A stretch of DNA of 64,000 nucleotides, taken from contig SUZR01000011.1 of assembly GCA_015059845.1 (NCBI GenBank), positions 2,845-66,844 of the forward strand. Direction: 5' to 3'. Source of the DNA: Rikenellaceae bacterium. GTDB lineage: Bacteria; Bacteroidota; Bacteroidia; Bacteroidales; Rikenellaceae. Numbering within the stretch: the first letter of the stretch is position 1; every line of letters starts with the position of its first letter. Positions 19,694 to 28,771 of the stretch are shown in pieces. Under the pieces are notes generated by a model that had not been told where the DNA came from, did no database searches, and saw nothing but the letters and a program-made list of their open reading frames with translations. The translations under genes were made by a program, and so were the position numbers.

Positions 19694-22102
19694 ATGGATA
19701 TAAAAAGTTTTTTCAAAGATAAAAAGCGGGTCATACGGCTGATGTGGCTTGTGGTTATGACCCCCGTGGCGATGCTCTTTCTGATGCTCGCCTTAGCCGC
19801 TTTTGGCGTGTTCGGACGTATGCCCTCATTCGAGGAGCTGGAGAATCCGAAGAGCAACCTCGCAACCGAGATTTACGGCGACGATGGTCACGTCATCGGC
19901 ACCTTCTTCGTGCAGAATCGCTCGTACGTGCAGTATGAGGATTTGTTCCCTACGGACTCTACACGCCACATTATCCTCGACGGTCACCGCGTGCCGCCCG
20001 TAGTGGCAGCGCTGATTGCCACCGAGGATGTGCGCTTCCGCAACCACTCGGGAATCGATATCCCCTCGCTCTTCCGCGTGGCCATAAAGACTATCGCCTT
20101 CCAGAATCAGTCGCAGGGAGGCGGCTCAACAATCACACAGCAGCTGGCGAAAAACCTCTTCCCGCGTGACACCGTTCGCAATCGCGGCAAGATTGCCCGC
20201 GTGACAAAGCTCGTGCAGTCGAAGTTCAAGGAGTGGATTACGGCCCTCAAGCTCGAGCATAACTACACCAAGGAGGAGATTGCGGCGATGTATCTGAATA
20301 CGGTGGCTTACGGCTCGAATGCCTACGGTATCAAGTCGGCAGCCAGCACTTTCTTCGGCAAGAATCCTAACGAGTTGAACGTACAGGAGGCAGCTATGCT
20401 GGTGGGTGTGGTAAATGCCCCCACGCGCTACTCGCCCGTGCGTAATCCTGAAAATGCGCTGGCACGTAGAAATCTGGTTATCAGCCGTATGCGTGCTGCA
20501 GGAGCTATCTCACGCGATGTGTGCGACTCGCTCTCGGCGCTGCCCATCACACTGCAATACAAGCCCATCTCTCACAACGAGGGTGAGGCTACATACTTCC
20601 GCGAGATGTTGCGTAACGTGATGAATGCCCAGCGTCCCACGCGCCGTCAGTTCCTCACCGACTGGGACTACGAGCAGGCCGTGAAGGAGTATGACGAGAA
20701 TCCGCTCTACGGCTGGTGTCACAAGAACACCAAGGCCGATGGCACGCCCTACAATATCTACCGCGATGGTCTGCGTATCTACACCACCATCAACCCCACG
20801 ATGCAACGCTATGCCGAGGAGGCTGTGCAGAAGCAGATGGAGAGCGTTATCCAGCCACGTATGGATGCGCAGGTGCGTAATACGCGTGTTTTGTTCCTGG
20901 ATTTGGAGAAGGAGGAGATAGAGGCTATCATCAAGCGTGCGATGAAGAACTCGGACCGCTACCGCGAGCATAAGAAGCTGGGAATGACCGAGAAAGAGAT
21001 ATTCGCTACATTCGACAAGAAGTGCGAGATGCGCGTCTTCACCTTCAAGGGCGAGCGTGACACGCTGATGACCCCGCGCGATTCGATTCTCCACCATAAG
21101 CGTATTATGCGTGCTTCGTTGGTTGCGATGGACCCCCGCTCGGGCCACGTGAAGGCATACGTTGGCGGACCGAACTTCCGCTACTTCAAGTACGATATGG
21201 CCAAGCAGGGCAAGCGACAGATTGGCTCAACGGTCAAGCCCTTCATCTACACCTTTGCCATCGACCAGCTCGGTCTTAACCCCTGCACGATGGCACCCAA
21301 CCTGCCCGTATCAATCGAGACACCCGCAGGTATCTGGTCGCCCAAGGAGGCGGGCAAGGTGGAGTATGACGGTGTTCTGCACCCGCTCTATTGGGGTCTG
21401 GCAAACTCGCGCAACAACTACTCGGCGTGGATTATGAAGCAGGCCAAGCAGCCCGAGACCGTTGCCGACTTCCTCCACAATATGGGTATTCGCAGCTACA
21501 TCTACCCCGCCTACGCATTGTGTCTGGGTGCTTTCGAGTCGAATGTATTTGAGTTGGTGAGCGCCTACTCGACCTTCGTAAACGAGGGTGTGCATATCGA
21601 CCCCATCTTCGTGACGCGCATCGAGGACCGTCAGGGTAACCTTATCTCGAGCTTCATCCCGCAGTCGCAGGACGCGGTGAACAAACATACCGCCTACACG
21701 ATGCTCACGATGTTGCAGCGCGTAATCTCGGCAGGTACGGGAGGACGTATGACCTGGCAGTTTGGCTTCGATAATATGGATATTGGTGGTAAGACGGGTA
21801 CCTCGAACGAGAACCGCGATGCGTGGTTTATGTGCGTGACACCCACGCTCGTAGCTGGCTCGTGGGTTGGCGGTGAGGACCAGTCGGTTCACTTCCGCGC
21901 ACAGGGTGAGGGTAGCGTTATGGCCCTGCCTATCGTGGGTGAGTTCCTCAAGAAATCATACGCAGACCCCCGTCTGGGCCTGAGCCGCAATGCTAAGTTT
22001 TCACGCCCCGAGGGCTGGGAGTCGTACGACTGTCCCAAGGAGATGGCCCCGAGCGAGGGCGAGGTGCATCAGTCAACAGAGCCCGACGAGTTTTTCGACT
22101 AA
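19694..22102 (+). CDS. mrcA: Class A penicillin-binding protein (PBP1A)
   Basis: TM anchor; EDVRF..H.GID and GGSTITQQL transglycosylase motifs; STVK, SRN and KTGT transpeptidase motifs. Confidence 0.9.
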   Translation: MDIKSFFKDKKRVIRLMWLVVMTPVAMLFLMLALAAFGVFGRMPSFEELENPKSNLATEIYGDDGHVIGTFFVQNRSYVQYEDLFPTDSTRHIILDGHRVPPVVAALIATEDVRFRNHSGIDIPSLFRVAIKTIAFQNQSQGGGSTITQQLAKNLFPRDTVRNRGKIARVTKLVQSKFKEWITALKLEHNYTKEEIAAMYLNTVAYGSNAYGIKSAASTFFGKNPNELNVQEAAMLVGVVNAPTRYSPVRNPENALARRNLVISRMRAAGAISRDVCDSLSALPITLQYKPISHNEGEATYFREMLRNVMNAQRPTRRQFLTDWDYEQAVKEYDENPLYGWCHKNTKADGTPYNIYRDGLRIYTTINPTMQRYAEEAVQKQMESVIQPRMDAQVRNTRVLFLDLEKEEIEAIIKRAMKNSDRYREHKKLGMTEKEIFATFDKKCEMRVFTFKGERDTLMTPRDSILHHKRIMRASLVAMDPRSGHVKAYVGGPNFRYFKYDMAKQGKRQIGSTVKPFIYTFAIDQLGLNPCTMAPNLPVSIETPAGIWSPKEAGKVEYDGVLHPLYWGLANSRNNYSAWIMKQAKQPETVADFLHNMGIRSYIYPAYALCLGAFESNVFELVSAYSTFVNEGVHIDPIFVTRIEDRQGNLISSFIPQSQDAVNKHTAYTMLTMLQRVISAGTGGRMTWQFGFDNMDIGGKTGTSNENRDAWFMCVTPTLVAGSWVGGEDQSVHFRAQGEGSVMALPIVGEFLKKSYADPRLGLSRNAKFSRPEGWESYDCPKEMAPSEGEVHQSTEPDEFFD

Positions 22103-22132
22103 ACAAGACAACAACTAAAGGTTAAAGAGAAT

Positions 22133-23140
22133 ATGAAGATTGCTATCGTAGGCGCAAGTGGCGCCGTAGGTCAGGAGTTTCTGACCATCCTGAATGAGAG
22201 AGTGGATTTCCCCGTTGACGAGCTGCTGTTGTTCGGCTCGGCTCGCAGCGCGGGAACGAAATATATGTTCCGTGGCAAGGAGGTGGAGGTTAAGCTCCTG
22301 CAGCACAACGACGACTTCAAGGGTGTGGATATCGCCCTCACATCGGCAGGAGGCTCTACATCGGTGGAGTTTGCCGAGACCATCACAAAGCACGGCACGC
22401 TGATGATTGACAACTCATCAGCCTTCCGTATGGACGAGGATGTCCCCCTTGTTGTGCCTGAGGTGAATCCCGAGGATGCACTCAACGCTCCGCGCAACAT
22501 CATTGCCAACCCCAACTGCACCACTATTCAGATGGTTGTGGCACTGAACGCCATCGAGAAGCTCTCGCACATCAAGAAGGTACACGTTGCCACATACCAG
22601 TCGGCAAGTGGTGGCGGCGCGCAGGCTATGGCCGAGCTGAAGCACCAATACGAGGAGATTGTTGCGGGTGAGGAGCCTACCGTAAATAAGTTTGCATATC
22701 AGTTGGCATACAACGTTATCCCCCACATCGATGTCTTCACCGACAACGACTACACCAAGGAGGAGATGAAGATGTTTAACGAGACGCGCAAGATTATGCA
22801 CTCGGATATCAAAGTGTCGGCAACGTGCGTGCGTGTGCCCGTTATGCGTGCCCACTCGGAGAGCATCTGGGTGGAGACCGAGCGCAAGGTTACCTCTGCC
22901 GAGGCGCGTGAGGCTTTTGCTGCAGCCGAGGGCGTGGTACTGATGGATGAGCCCGCAGAGAAGGTTTATCCTATGCCGCTGTTTATCGCTGGCAAGGAGC
23001 CCGTATATGTGGGTCGTGTACGTGAGGATTTGACCGAGGAGAACGGTCTTTCATTCTGGTGCGTGGCCGACCAGATTAAGAAGGGTGCTGCGCTGAACGC
23101 GGTGCAGATTGCCGAGTGGATTATTAAGAATCGAAAATAA
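22133..23140 (+). CDS. asd: Aspartate-semialdehyde dehydrogenase
   Basis: [33 protein letters not shown] and [16 protein letters not shown] motifs. Confidence 0.97.
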   Translation: MKIAIVGASGAVGQEFLTILNERVDFPVDELLLFGSARSAGTKYMFRGKEVEVKLLQHNDDFKGVDIALTSAGGSTSVEFAETITKHGTLMIDNSSAFRMDEDVPLVVPEVNPEDALNAPRNIIANPNCTTIQMVVALNAIEKLSHIKKVHVATYQSASGGGAQAMAELKHQYEEIVAGEEPTVNKFAYQLAYNVIPHIDVFTDNDYTKEEMKMFNETRKIMHSDIKVSATCVRVPVMRAHSESIWVETERKVTSAEAREAFAAAEGVVLMDEPAEKVYPMPLFIAGKEPVYVGRVREDLTEENGLSFWCVADQIKKGAALNAVQIAEWIIKNRK

Positions 23141-23160
23141 ATCTATATGCTACAATAGAG

Positions 23161-23190
23161 AAGGCTGTCGCAGAGTGCGACAGCCTTTTT
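23161..23190 (+). terminator. Intrinsic terminator after asd
   Basis: 12-bp stem AAGGCTGTCGCA/TGCGACAGCCTT followed by Ts. Confidence 0.9.
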
Positions 23191-23244
23191 GATTATCGTG
23201 CAAACAACAAAATTATAATATTTTCATACAATACCACAAAGGGC

Positions 23245-23276
23245 ATTGTTTATTTACGAAAAGTTTAATACTTTTG
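23245..23276 (+). promoter_or_regulatory. Promoter of candidate rod RNA 1
   Basis: ATTG at 23245-48, 20-nt spacer, exact TACTTTTG at 23269-76; predicted +1 near 23281. Confidence 0.7.
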
Positions 23277-23280
23277 TTAA

Positions 23281-23554
23281 AGTAATCGAATAGGTTACAG
23301 ACATACAGAAAGTGTTTTCGCAGTCTTTACAAGAAAATGTGGAAGTTTTCAAAGAGAGAAGGCAGACGAATAGCACTCATCTCTTGTATATGTATGGGAA
23401 CGTTGGCACGGCTTGTGTCGATGCCTCACGCTATACAGGTGTGGGGCATTGTATCGTTTATTCTCTCAAGGTCTTTCCACAACCTTCTTGTAAATAAACG
23501 GGAATCATCTCCACACTTTCTATTTATAATAATCTGCCGCATAGGAGATATTAC
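23281..23554 (+). ncRNA. Candidate rod-shaped structured RNA, copy 1 (unassigned family)
   Basis: Nested complementary blocks AGAAAGTGT/ACACTTTCT, TTTACAAGAA/TTCTTGTAAA, TGTGGAAG/TTTCCACA, GAGAGAA/TTCTCTC, AGACGA/TCGTTT; own promoter; homologous to 56770-57029. Confidence 0.75.
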
Positions 23555-23572
23555 GGCAAAACAATTATTACA

Positions 23573-24409
23573 ATGAAAAGATTAGTCATATTAGGAGTTG
23601 CGGTGTGTATGCTCGTTGCCTGCAAACAGACAAATAACATCCCTACGCACATCACCGAGGAGAATTACCTCAAGGCCGACAGCGCACTATGGGCGGAGTT
23701 TGAGCGCGACACCGAACCGATAATTGAGCAGATGGATGCCGAGCCTGAGCGCTTTGATGTCCTATATGAACTGTATAAATCTATCGAGGAGGCCACCGAT
23801 AAACGAAACTACGAACTTGCAATAGAGTATGCAGCTGTGCCGAGCGGATTAAGAAGAGTCTTTACTGTACGAAACCAGCTGAGTAAAGAGCAGATGCAAA
23901 AAACGCTCTCGGAGATTCCCGATTCAATGCAACAATCATTTTACGGCAAGCTCATCAAAGAGTATATCGAGGCCGACCAGATTGAGGAGGGAGATATGTA
24001 TCAGCCCTTTGAGTGTATGTGTGAGGATGGCCAGCCATTCGATTGGTCGCGCTTAGACGGAAAAAAGACACTATTGTGCTACGGCGGATTGGGCTGTATG
24101 GGTGATGTGGGGCGCGAGTTGTTAAAGAAGTGGAACGAGCAGTACGCGAGTAAAGATTTCCAAATCGTAATCTATGCCCCCGAAGTTGATAATTACGAGG
24201 AGCTTGTAGAGGATAAGAAGTATTGGCGCGATAATGGGGTGACAGATTACATAGCCATTGCCGATTTCTTGGGTGATGCCAGCCCCATAAGGATTATATA
24301 CAGCTCGCAGGCTAAGCCCACGTGCTTTATGATTGATAGCCAGGGTCGCGTGGTTATTAAGTCAATGGGACTTGCCCCCGAGCGTATGGAGGCCTTCTTA
24401 GCGCAATAA
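23573..24409 (+). CDS. Lipoprotein with a TlpA/thioredoxin-like domain lacking CxxC
   Basis: Lipobox LVAC; FECMCEDG..FDWSRLDGKKTLL; PTCFMIDSQGRVV; active-site region reads YGGLGCMGD. Confidence 0.7.
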   Translation: MKRLVILGVAVCMLVACKQTNNIPTHITEENYLKADSALWAEFERDTEPIIEQMDAEPERFDVLYELYKSIEEATDKRNYELAIEYAAVPSGLRRVFTVRNQLSKEQMQKTLSEIPDSMQQSFYGKLIKEYIEADQIEEGDMYQPFECMCEDGQPFDWSRLDGKKTLLCYGGLGCMGDVGRELLKKWNEQYASKDFQIVIYAPEVDNYEELVEDKKYWRDNGVTDYIAIADFLGDASPIRIIYSSQAKPTCFMIDSQGRVVIKSMGLAPERMEAFLAQ

Positions 24410-24449
24410 TCGACGTTTCCGTATAGAGCAAAATTGTATCATAAGAACC

Positions 24450-25934
24450 CTATTTATGTATAGAGTAGCCTTTGACCTCAATCGCCTTGGGTGTGGCGGG
24501 ACATAGATTCTCGCACGCGCCGCAGCCTATGCAGAGTGCCTTTTCGATTTGGGGATACATACGCCCATCAACGCCGCGCTGTAACTTAATTGCATCGGCC
24601 GGGCAATGCTCCGCACAGTTACCACACTCCACGCCATCGCGTGCCACAACGCACCGCCCGCGATGAAAAACAGCGTGGCCCAACTGCGTCATACGCTTCT
24701 GCTCAAGCGCTAAGGGCAGGATTGCTCCCGTTGGGCAGACCTCACCACAGAGGGTGCAGTCGTACAAACAATACCCCTTATCATATCGCATTACGGGCTG
24801 CATAACACCCTGCAAACCATACTCCATAACGGCCGGCTGCAAGACGTGCGATGGGCACTTGCTTATGCACAGATGGCACGCCGTACACTTCGCCTGCAGA
24901 TGCTCTATGCTCTGCGCACCCGGAGGTGCTACGGGGCGTGGCCCACGATGTTTGCCACCCCCGCCCTGCATAGCCTGCTCCATACGCTTGTGGCGTTGCT
25001 GCGCCTCGGCAACGGGGATAGCGGCTACGGTAGCCATCGTGGCAAGGAATGAACGGCGCGACTTATCGGCAGGTTTCTCAGTCGAGGGCGTGCTACGCAT
25101 CGTAAACGATATTGCCCCCTGCGCACAAGCATCAATACAGTCAAAACATACCACACAGCGCGTGGGGTCGATGCGGTGCGCGGCGGTATCTATACACTCA
25201 CCCTTGCACTTGCGACCACACAGGCCGCAATCCACGCACTTCGAGGTATCTATCTGAATCTTAAAGAGTGAGGCGCGGCTCACCTCGCCCAAAAGAGTAC
25301 CTACGGGGCAGAAAGAGTTGCAATATCTGCGGCCACCAATCCACGCCAGAAGGCCGATAATACCGATTGTCACCAGCGCCACCAGCGCCGAGAGCCACGA
25401 CACCGACACCACCTCGCGGCCAAAGCTATCGCCAAAGAAGACGGCCAAAACATTATTCGTCCCCTGCGCCACGGGTCTTAACCCCTCGTGCATAACTCGG
25501 CCGAAGATGCTATACGGGTCAACCAATGCCACCACAAAGCCCACTCCCGCAGCTACGCACAACGCCGTTACGGCCAGCACGCCATAGCGTAGCAGATGCG
25601 AGGGTCTACGGAATGAGAATCGTGTGCGGGCACTCTTATTACGATATTTTCGCAGCGTATTCACTCCATCCTGTACCGTACCCAAAGGGCAGAGCGTAGA
25701 GCAGTAGATACGCCCAAAGGCGAGCGTCAGCACAAGCAACAGACAAACAGTCAGGGCACTAACGCTCAGCAGAGCAGGCACAAACTGCCAGCGTGCCAGC
25801 TCCGCACCAGCATCACGCAGACTATCCACCCTAGCCGTTCCGTTGCCCCAATCAACGAAGGTCAAGGTAAGCAGGACAAAGCAGAGCAGCGCTACAGCCA
25901 CGCGCAGGATTCGTAATATATTGTATCTCTTCAT
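24450..25934 (-). CDS. Membrane polyferredoxin (4Fe-4S binding protein)
   Basis: TM segments, GRIYCSTLCPLG, RRYCNSFCPVG, multiple CxxCxxCxxxC clusters; ATG at 25934. Confidence 0.9.
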   Translation of the reverse strand: MKRYNILRILRVAVALLCFVLLTLTFVDWGNGTARVDSLRDAGAELARWQFVPALLSVSALTVCLLLVLTLAFGRIYCSTLCPLGTVQDGVNTLRKYRNKSARTRFSFRRPSHLLRYGVLAVTALCVAAGVGFVVALVDPYSIFGRVMHEGLRPVAQGTNNVLAVFFGDSFGREVVSVSWLSALVALVTIGIIGLLAWIGGRRYCNSFCPVGTLLGEVSRASLFKIQIDTSKCVDCGLCGRKCKGECIDTAAHRIDPTRCVVCFDCIDACAQGAISFTMRSTPSTEKPADKSRRSFLATMATVAAIPVAEAQQRHKRMEQAMQGGGGKHRGPRPVAPPGAQSIEHLQAKCTACHLCISKCPSHVLQPAVMEYGLQGVMQPVMRYDKGYCLYDCTLCGEVCPTGAILPLALEQKRMTQLGHAVFHRGRCVVARDGVECGNCAEHCPADAIKLQRGVDGRMYPQIEKALCIGCGACENLCPATPKAIEVKGYSIHK

Positions 25935-25935
25935 A

Positions 25936-27300
25936 CTATTTCCACTCTTGACGTACACGTTCAACAAGCTCCTCCACGCGCTTTAGCTCCGTCGGGATAT
26001 GCAACGCCTGCGGGCACTTGGGCGAACATTGATTACAGCCGATACAGCGCTCGGCACGACCATCTGGCCTGACATTATTCTTATATCTGTTGAGCAGGAT
26101 GCGGCGGCGACGCAGATACTCCTCATCGTGCGCACCATCGGGATTGGGTAGCAGCTGGTCGTCGAAGCAACGATTATACGTGCGCAGGATTGCGGCAATA
26201 TCCACCCCATAGGGGCAGGGCATACAATAGAGGCAGTCGGTGCAGTCGATACGCGTATTGTTGCGGTACTGCTCGGCGGCACGATGCAGAAGCTCTATCT
26301 GCTCCGAGTTCAGCGGCTGAAAGTCGGTGAAGGTATCGCAATTCTCCACCACGTGCTCCATACGCGACATACCACTCAGCACGGTCAGCACATAGGGATA
26401 CGAGGCGCAGAACTTCAGCGCCCACGCCGCAGCAGTCATCGTGGGGTCGTTCTCGCGCAGCATTGTCGTCACGCTCTGCGGCAGGTCGATAAGCGAGCCA
26501 CCGCGAATAGGTTCCATAACAATCACGGGCAATTCACGTTCAGCCAGCAGGTTATACAACTTCTCCGAGATGCGCGTTTCGTCACGCCAGTCGAGCCAAT
26601 TCATCTGTATCTGCACAAAATCCCACTCCACGGGCTGAGCCAGCAGCCACTCAAAGAGAGCCAAATCGCCGTGGAACGAGAAGCCCAGTTGGCGTATGCG
26701 GCCGCGGCGTTTCTCCTCGAGCAGATACTCCAGAACGCCCTGATTGAGATAGAGATTCTGGAACACATATTGGCGGCTGATGCTATGGCAGAGGTAGTAA
26801 TCGAAATACTCCACACCACAACGCTGGAGCTGCGTTGCGAATATCTCCTTGGCCTGCTCCAGGGTCTTTGTTTCGGGCGGCATCTTGTCAGCCAGAAAGA
26901 AACTATCGCGCGGGTATTGCTTCAGCACCTCACCCACCATACCCTCCGAGTCACCACGGTGGTACATCCACGCCGTATCGTAGTAGTTCACGCCACGCTG
27001 ATAGGCATACTCCAGCATCTCGCGTGTAGGCTCGCGGTCGATGCGGCCCGTATAGCGGTCGCCACCCACCGTCGGGAAGCGCATACAGCCAAAGCCGAGC
27101 AGCGACACCTCATCGCCATTGCGGGGATTGCGCTTTAGCGACACACGTCCATCCTTTCCTGCAATGGTCACCTGCTCTGTTCGCTTCGGCTCCGAGCAGG
27201 CCGAAAGGCCAAAGGCACCCGCCACAACACCTGCAGCCATACTGCGCAGCGCCTCGGCACGTGTCATCGGCGTGGAGAGTATATTTTTATGATTTTTCAT
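25936..27300 (-). CDS. Aldo/keto reductase with C-terminal 4Fe-4S dicluster
   Basis: LGFGCMRFP, NYYDTAWMY, GFSFH and MEPIRGG motifs; CTDCLYCMPCP and CIGCNQCSPKCP. Confidence 0.92.
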   Translation of the reverse strand: MKNHKNILSTPMTRAEALRSMAAGVVAGAFGLSACSEPKRTEQVTIAGKDGRVSLKRNPRNGDEVSLLGFGCMRFPTVGGDRYTGRIDREPTREMLEYAYQRGVNYYDTAWMYHRGDSEGMVGEVLKQYPRDSFFLADKMPPETKTLEQAKEIFATQLQRCGVEYFDYYLCHSISRQYVFQNLYLNQGVLEYLLEEKRRGRIRQLGFSFHGDLALFEWLLAQPVEWDFVQIQMNWLDWRDETRISEKLYNLLAERELPVIVMEPIRGGSLIDLPQSVTTMLRENDPTMTAAAWALKFCASYPYVLTVLSGMSRMEHVVENCDTFTDFQPLNSEQIELLHRAAEQYRNNTRIDCTDCLYCMPCPYGVDIAAILRTYNRCFDDQLLPNPDGAHDEEYLRRRRILLNRYKNNVRPDGRAERCIGCNQCSPKCPQALHIPTELKRVEELVERVRQEWK

Positions 27301-27303
27301 TGA

Positions 27304-28098
27304 TTATTTCTTCTCGTGCTCGCGCACAAAACGCATCAACAACGGATAGGCGGGCTCGCACATATTGTGGCCATAGCCATCCAACTCATAGAGCGTAGCA
27401 TCGGGGTGCTTAACCAGCTGGAAGATACGCCACATCAAGGCATTCTCCTCGTAGCGGCCCAACATCTCCATCTCGCGGTCACCCGAGAGAATCAGTATGG
27501 GAGCAGCATCGCCACGCACGTGGAACATAGGCGAGAGCTCATCCACAACGGGCTGCGTGTTGGCAATACCACGCGAGCGGCGCTCCTCGAAGTGGGTGAT
27601 AGCCTGACCGCTGAAGGGGATAATGCCCTTCAGGGTGTTGGCGTCAATGCCGTAACGCTCCAGACGCGACTTATCCAAGCCCACCATCGTAACCAAGTAG
27701 CCACCTGCCGAGTGGCCCGCGATGTAAATACTCTTATTGCTACCGCCCCACTTCTCGATGTTGTTAAACACCCACGCCACGGCGCACGCCGCATCGTCAA
27801 CGATTTGCGTAACCTTCACGTTGGGCGAGAAGCGATAACCCACGCCCACCACAACGCAACCATCGCGCATAATAGCCTGAGGGATATCTTTACTACCACC
27901 CGTCAGGCCACCGCCGTGAAACCACACAATAACGGGGGCATCCTTAGCACCCTCGGGCGTAGCGATATCCAGACGACACATCTTTGTGGCGTACTCATCG
28001 TCCGTGCGATAGTTTATATCGCGGCTGAAGCTATACTCCTGCGCACTTAGCGTCGCCACCATCAGCGTGGCCACGAACAGCAATAAAAATCTCTTCAT
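27304..28098 (-). CDS. Secreted alpha/beta hydrolase (esterase)
   Basis: Signal peptide, WFHGGGL oxyanion motif, GHSAGG nucleophile elbow. Confidence 0.9.
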   Translation of the reverse strand: MKRFLLLFVATLMVATLSAQEYSFSRDINYRTDDEYATKMCRLDIATPEGAKDAPVIVWFHGGGLTGGSKDIPQAIMRDGCVVVGVGYRFSPNVKVTQIVDDAACAVAWVFNNIEKWGGSNKSIYIAGHSAGGYLVTMVGLDKSRLERYGIDANTLKGIIPFSGQAITHFEERRSRGIANTQPVVDELSPMFHVRGDAAPILILSGDREMEMLGRYEENALMWRIFQLVKHPDATLYELDGYGHNMCEPAYPLLMRFVREHEKK

Positions 28099-28101
28099 AC
28101 T

Positions 28102-28770
28102 CTATGCTTTACTTATTGTTTCCAGAAAATCACTATTTCGCTCCCACACCGACGAGGTGGCAAACCACAACTCACGCGCCTCGGTGCGTGGCGAGGGACG
28201 CTCGCTGCGGCTATCGGCCAGATAGGCCTCATCGGCAGGATGCTCCGCAGCCGTAAGCTCCGCAAACCACTCCTTATGGCGTGTGCGCAGCGTGCGAAGC
28301 GCATCGCGGTCAACACCGCCCGTGCGGCGATACTCGGCCCACAGCGAGAGCAGATGGTATTCGGGGCTCTTAGGCGAGATGTCAAACATAGACTCCTCCA
28401 GGCAGTCATAATCCTCCAGCTCCACGTAGCAGATGGCAAGCAGAATATTCACACTCATATGGTCCTCCTCGTCCATCGCCAAAAGATTCTCCCACAGCGC
28501 GGCAGCCACCTCCACCTCGCCAACGCTCAGATGGTCGGAAGCCGAGGCGTAGATAAGCTCCATAGCGGCGCGTGTATCTCTGTCGTTCCAATCCAGCAAC
28601 ACATCCTCATCGGGGATGGCATCCAGCAGACGCTGCACACCCTCGAAACGCATATCGGCCGCCTGAGCCCACTGCTCACACTCGCGGGCACGTCGCATCA
28701 AATCGCCAAAGCCGCCACCCTCAACCTGCCACAAGCCCGAAGAGGTGGGGCGAACAATAATCTTTCTCAT
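28102..28770 (-). CDS. Hypothetical helical (TPR-like) protein
   Basis: Intact 222-aa ORF in an operon; amphipathic helices; no family recognised with certainty. Confidence 0.6.
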   Translation of the reverse strand: MRKIIVRPTSSGLWQVEGGGFGDLMRRARECEQWAQAADMRFEGVQRLLDAIPDEDVLLDWNDRDTRAAMELIYASASDHLSVGEVEVAAALWENLLAMDEEDHMSVNILLAICYVELEDYDCLEESMFDISPKSPEYHLLSLWAEYRRTGGVDRDALRTLRTRHKEWFAELTAAEHPADEAYLADSRSERPSPRTEARELWFATSSVWERNSDFLETISKA

Positions 28771-28771
28771 A

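Noticed and set aside
23312-23576. ORFs of 61 and 79 aa over rod RNA 1
   Set aside because: The equivalent frames in copy 2 are interrupted by stops; conservation is structural, not coding.
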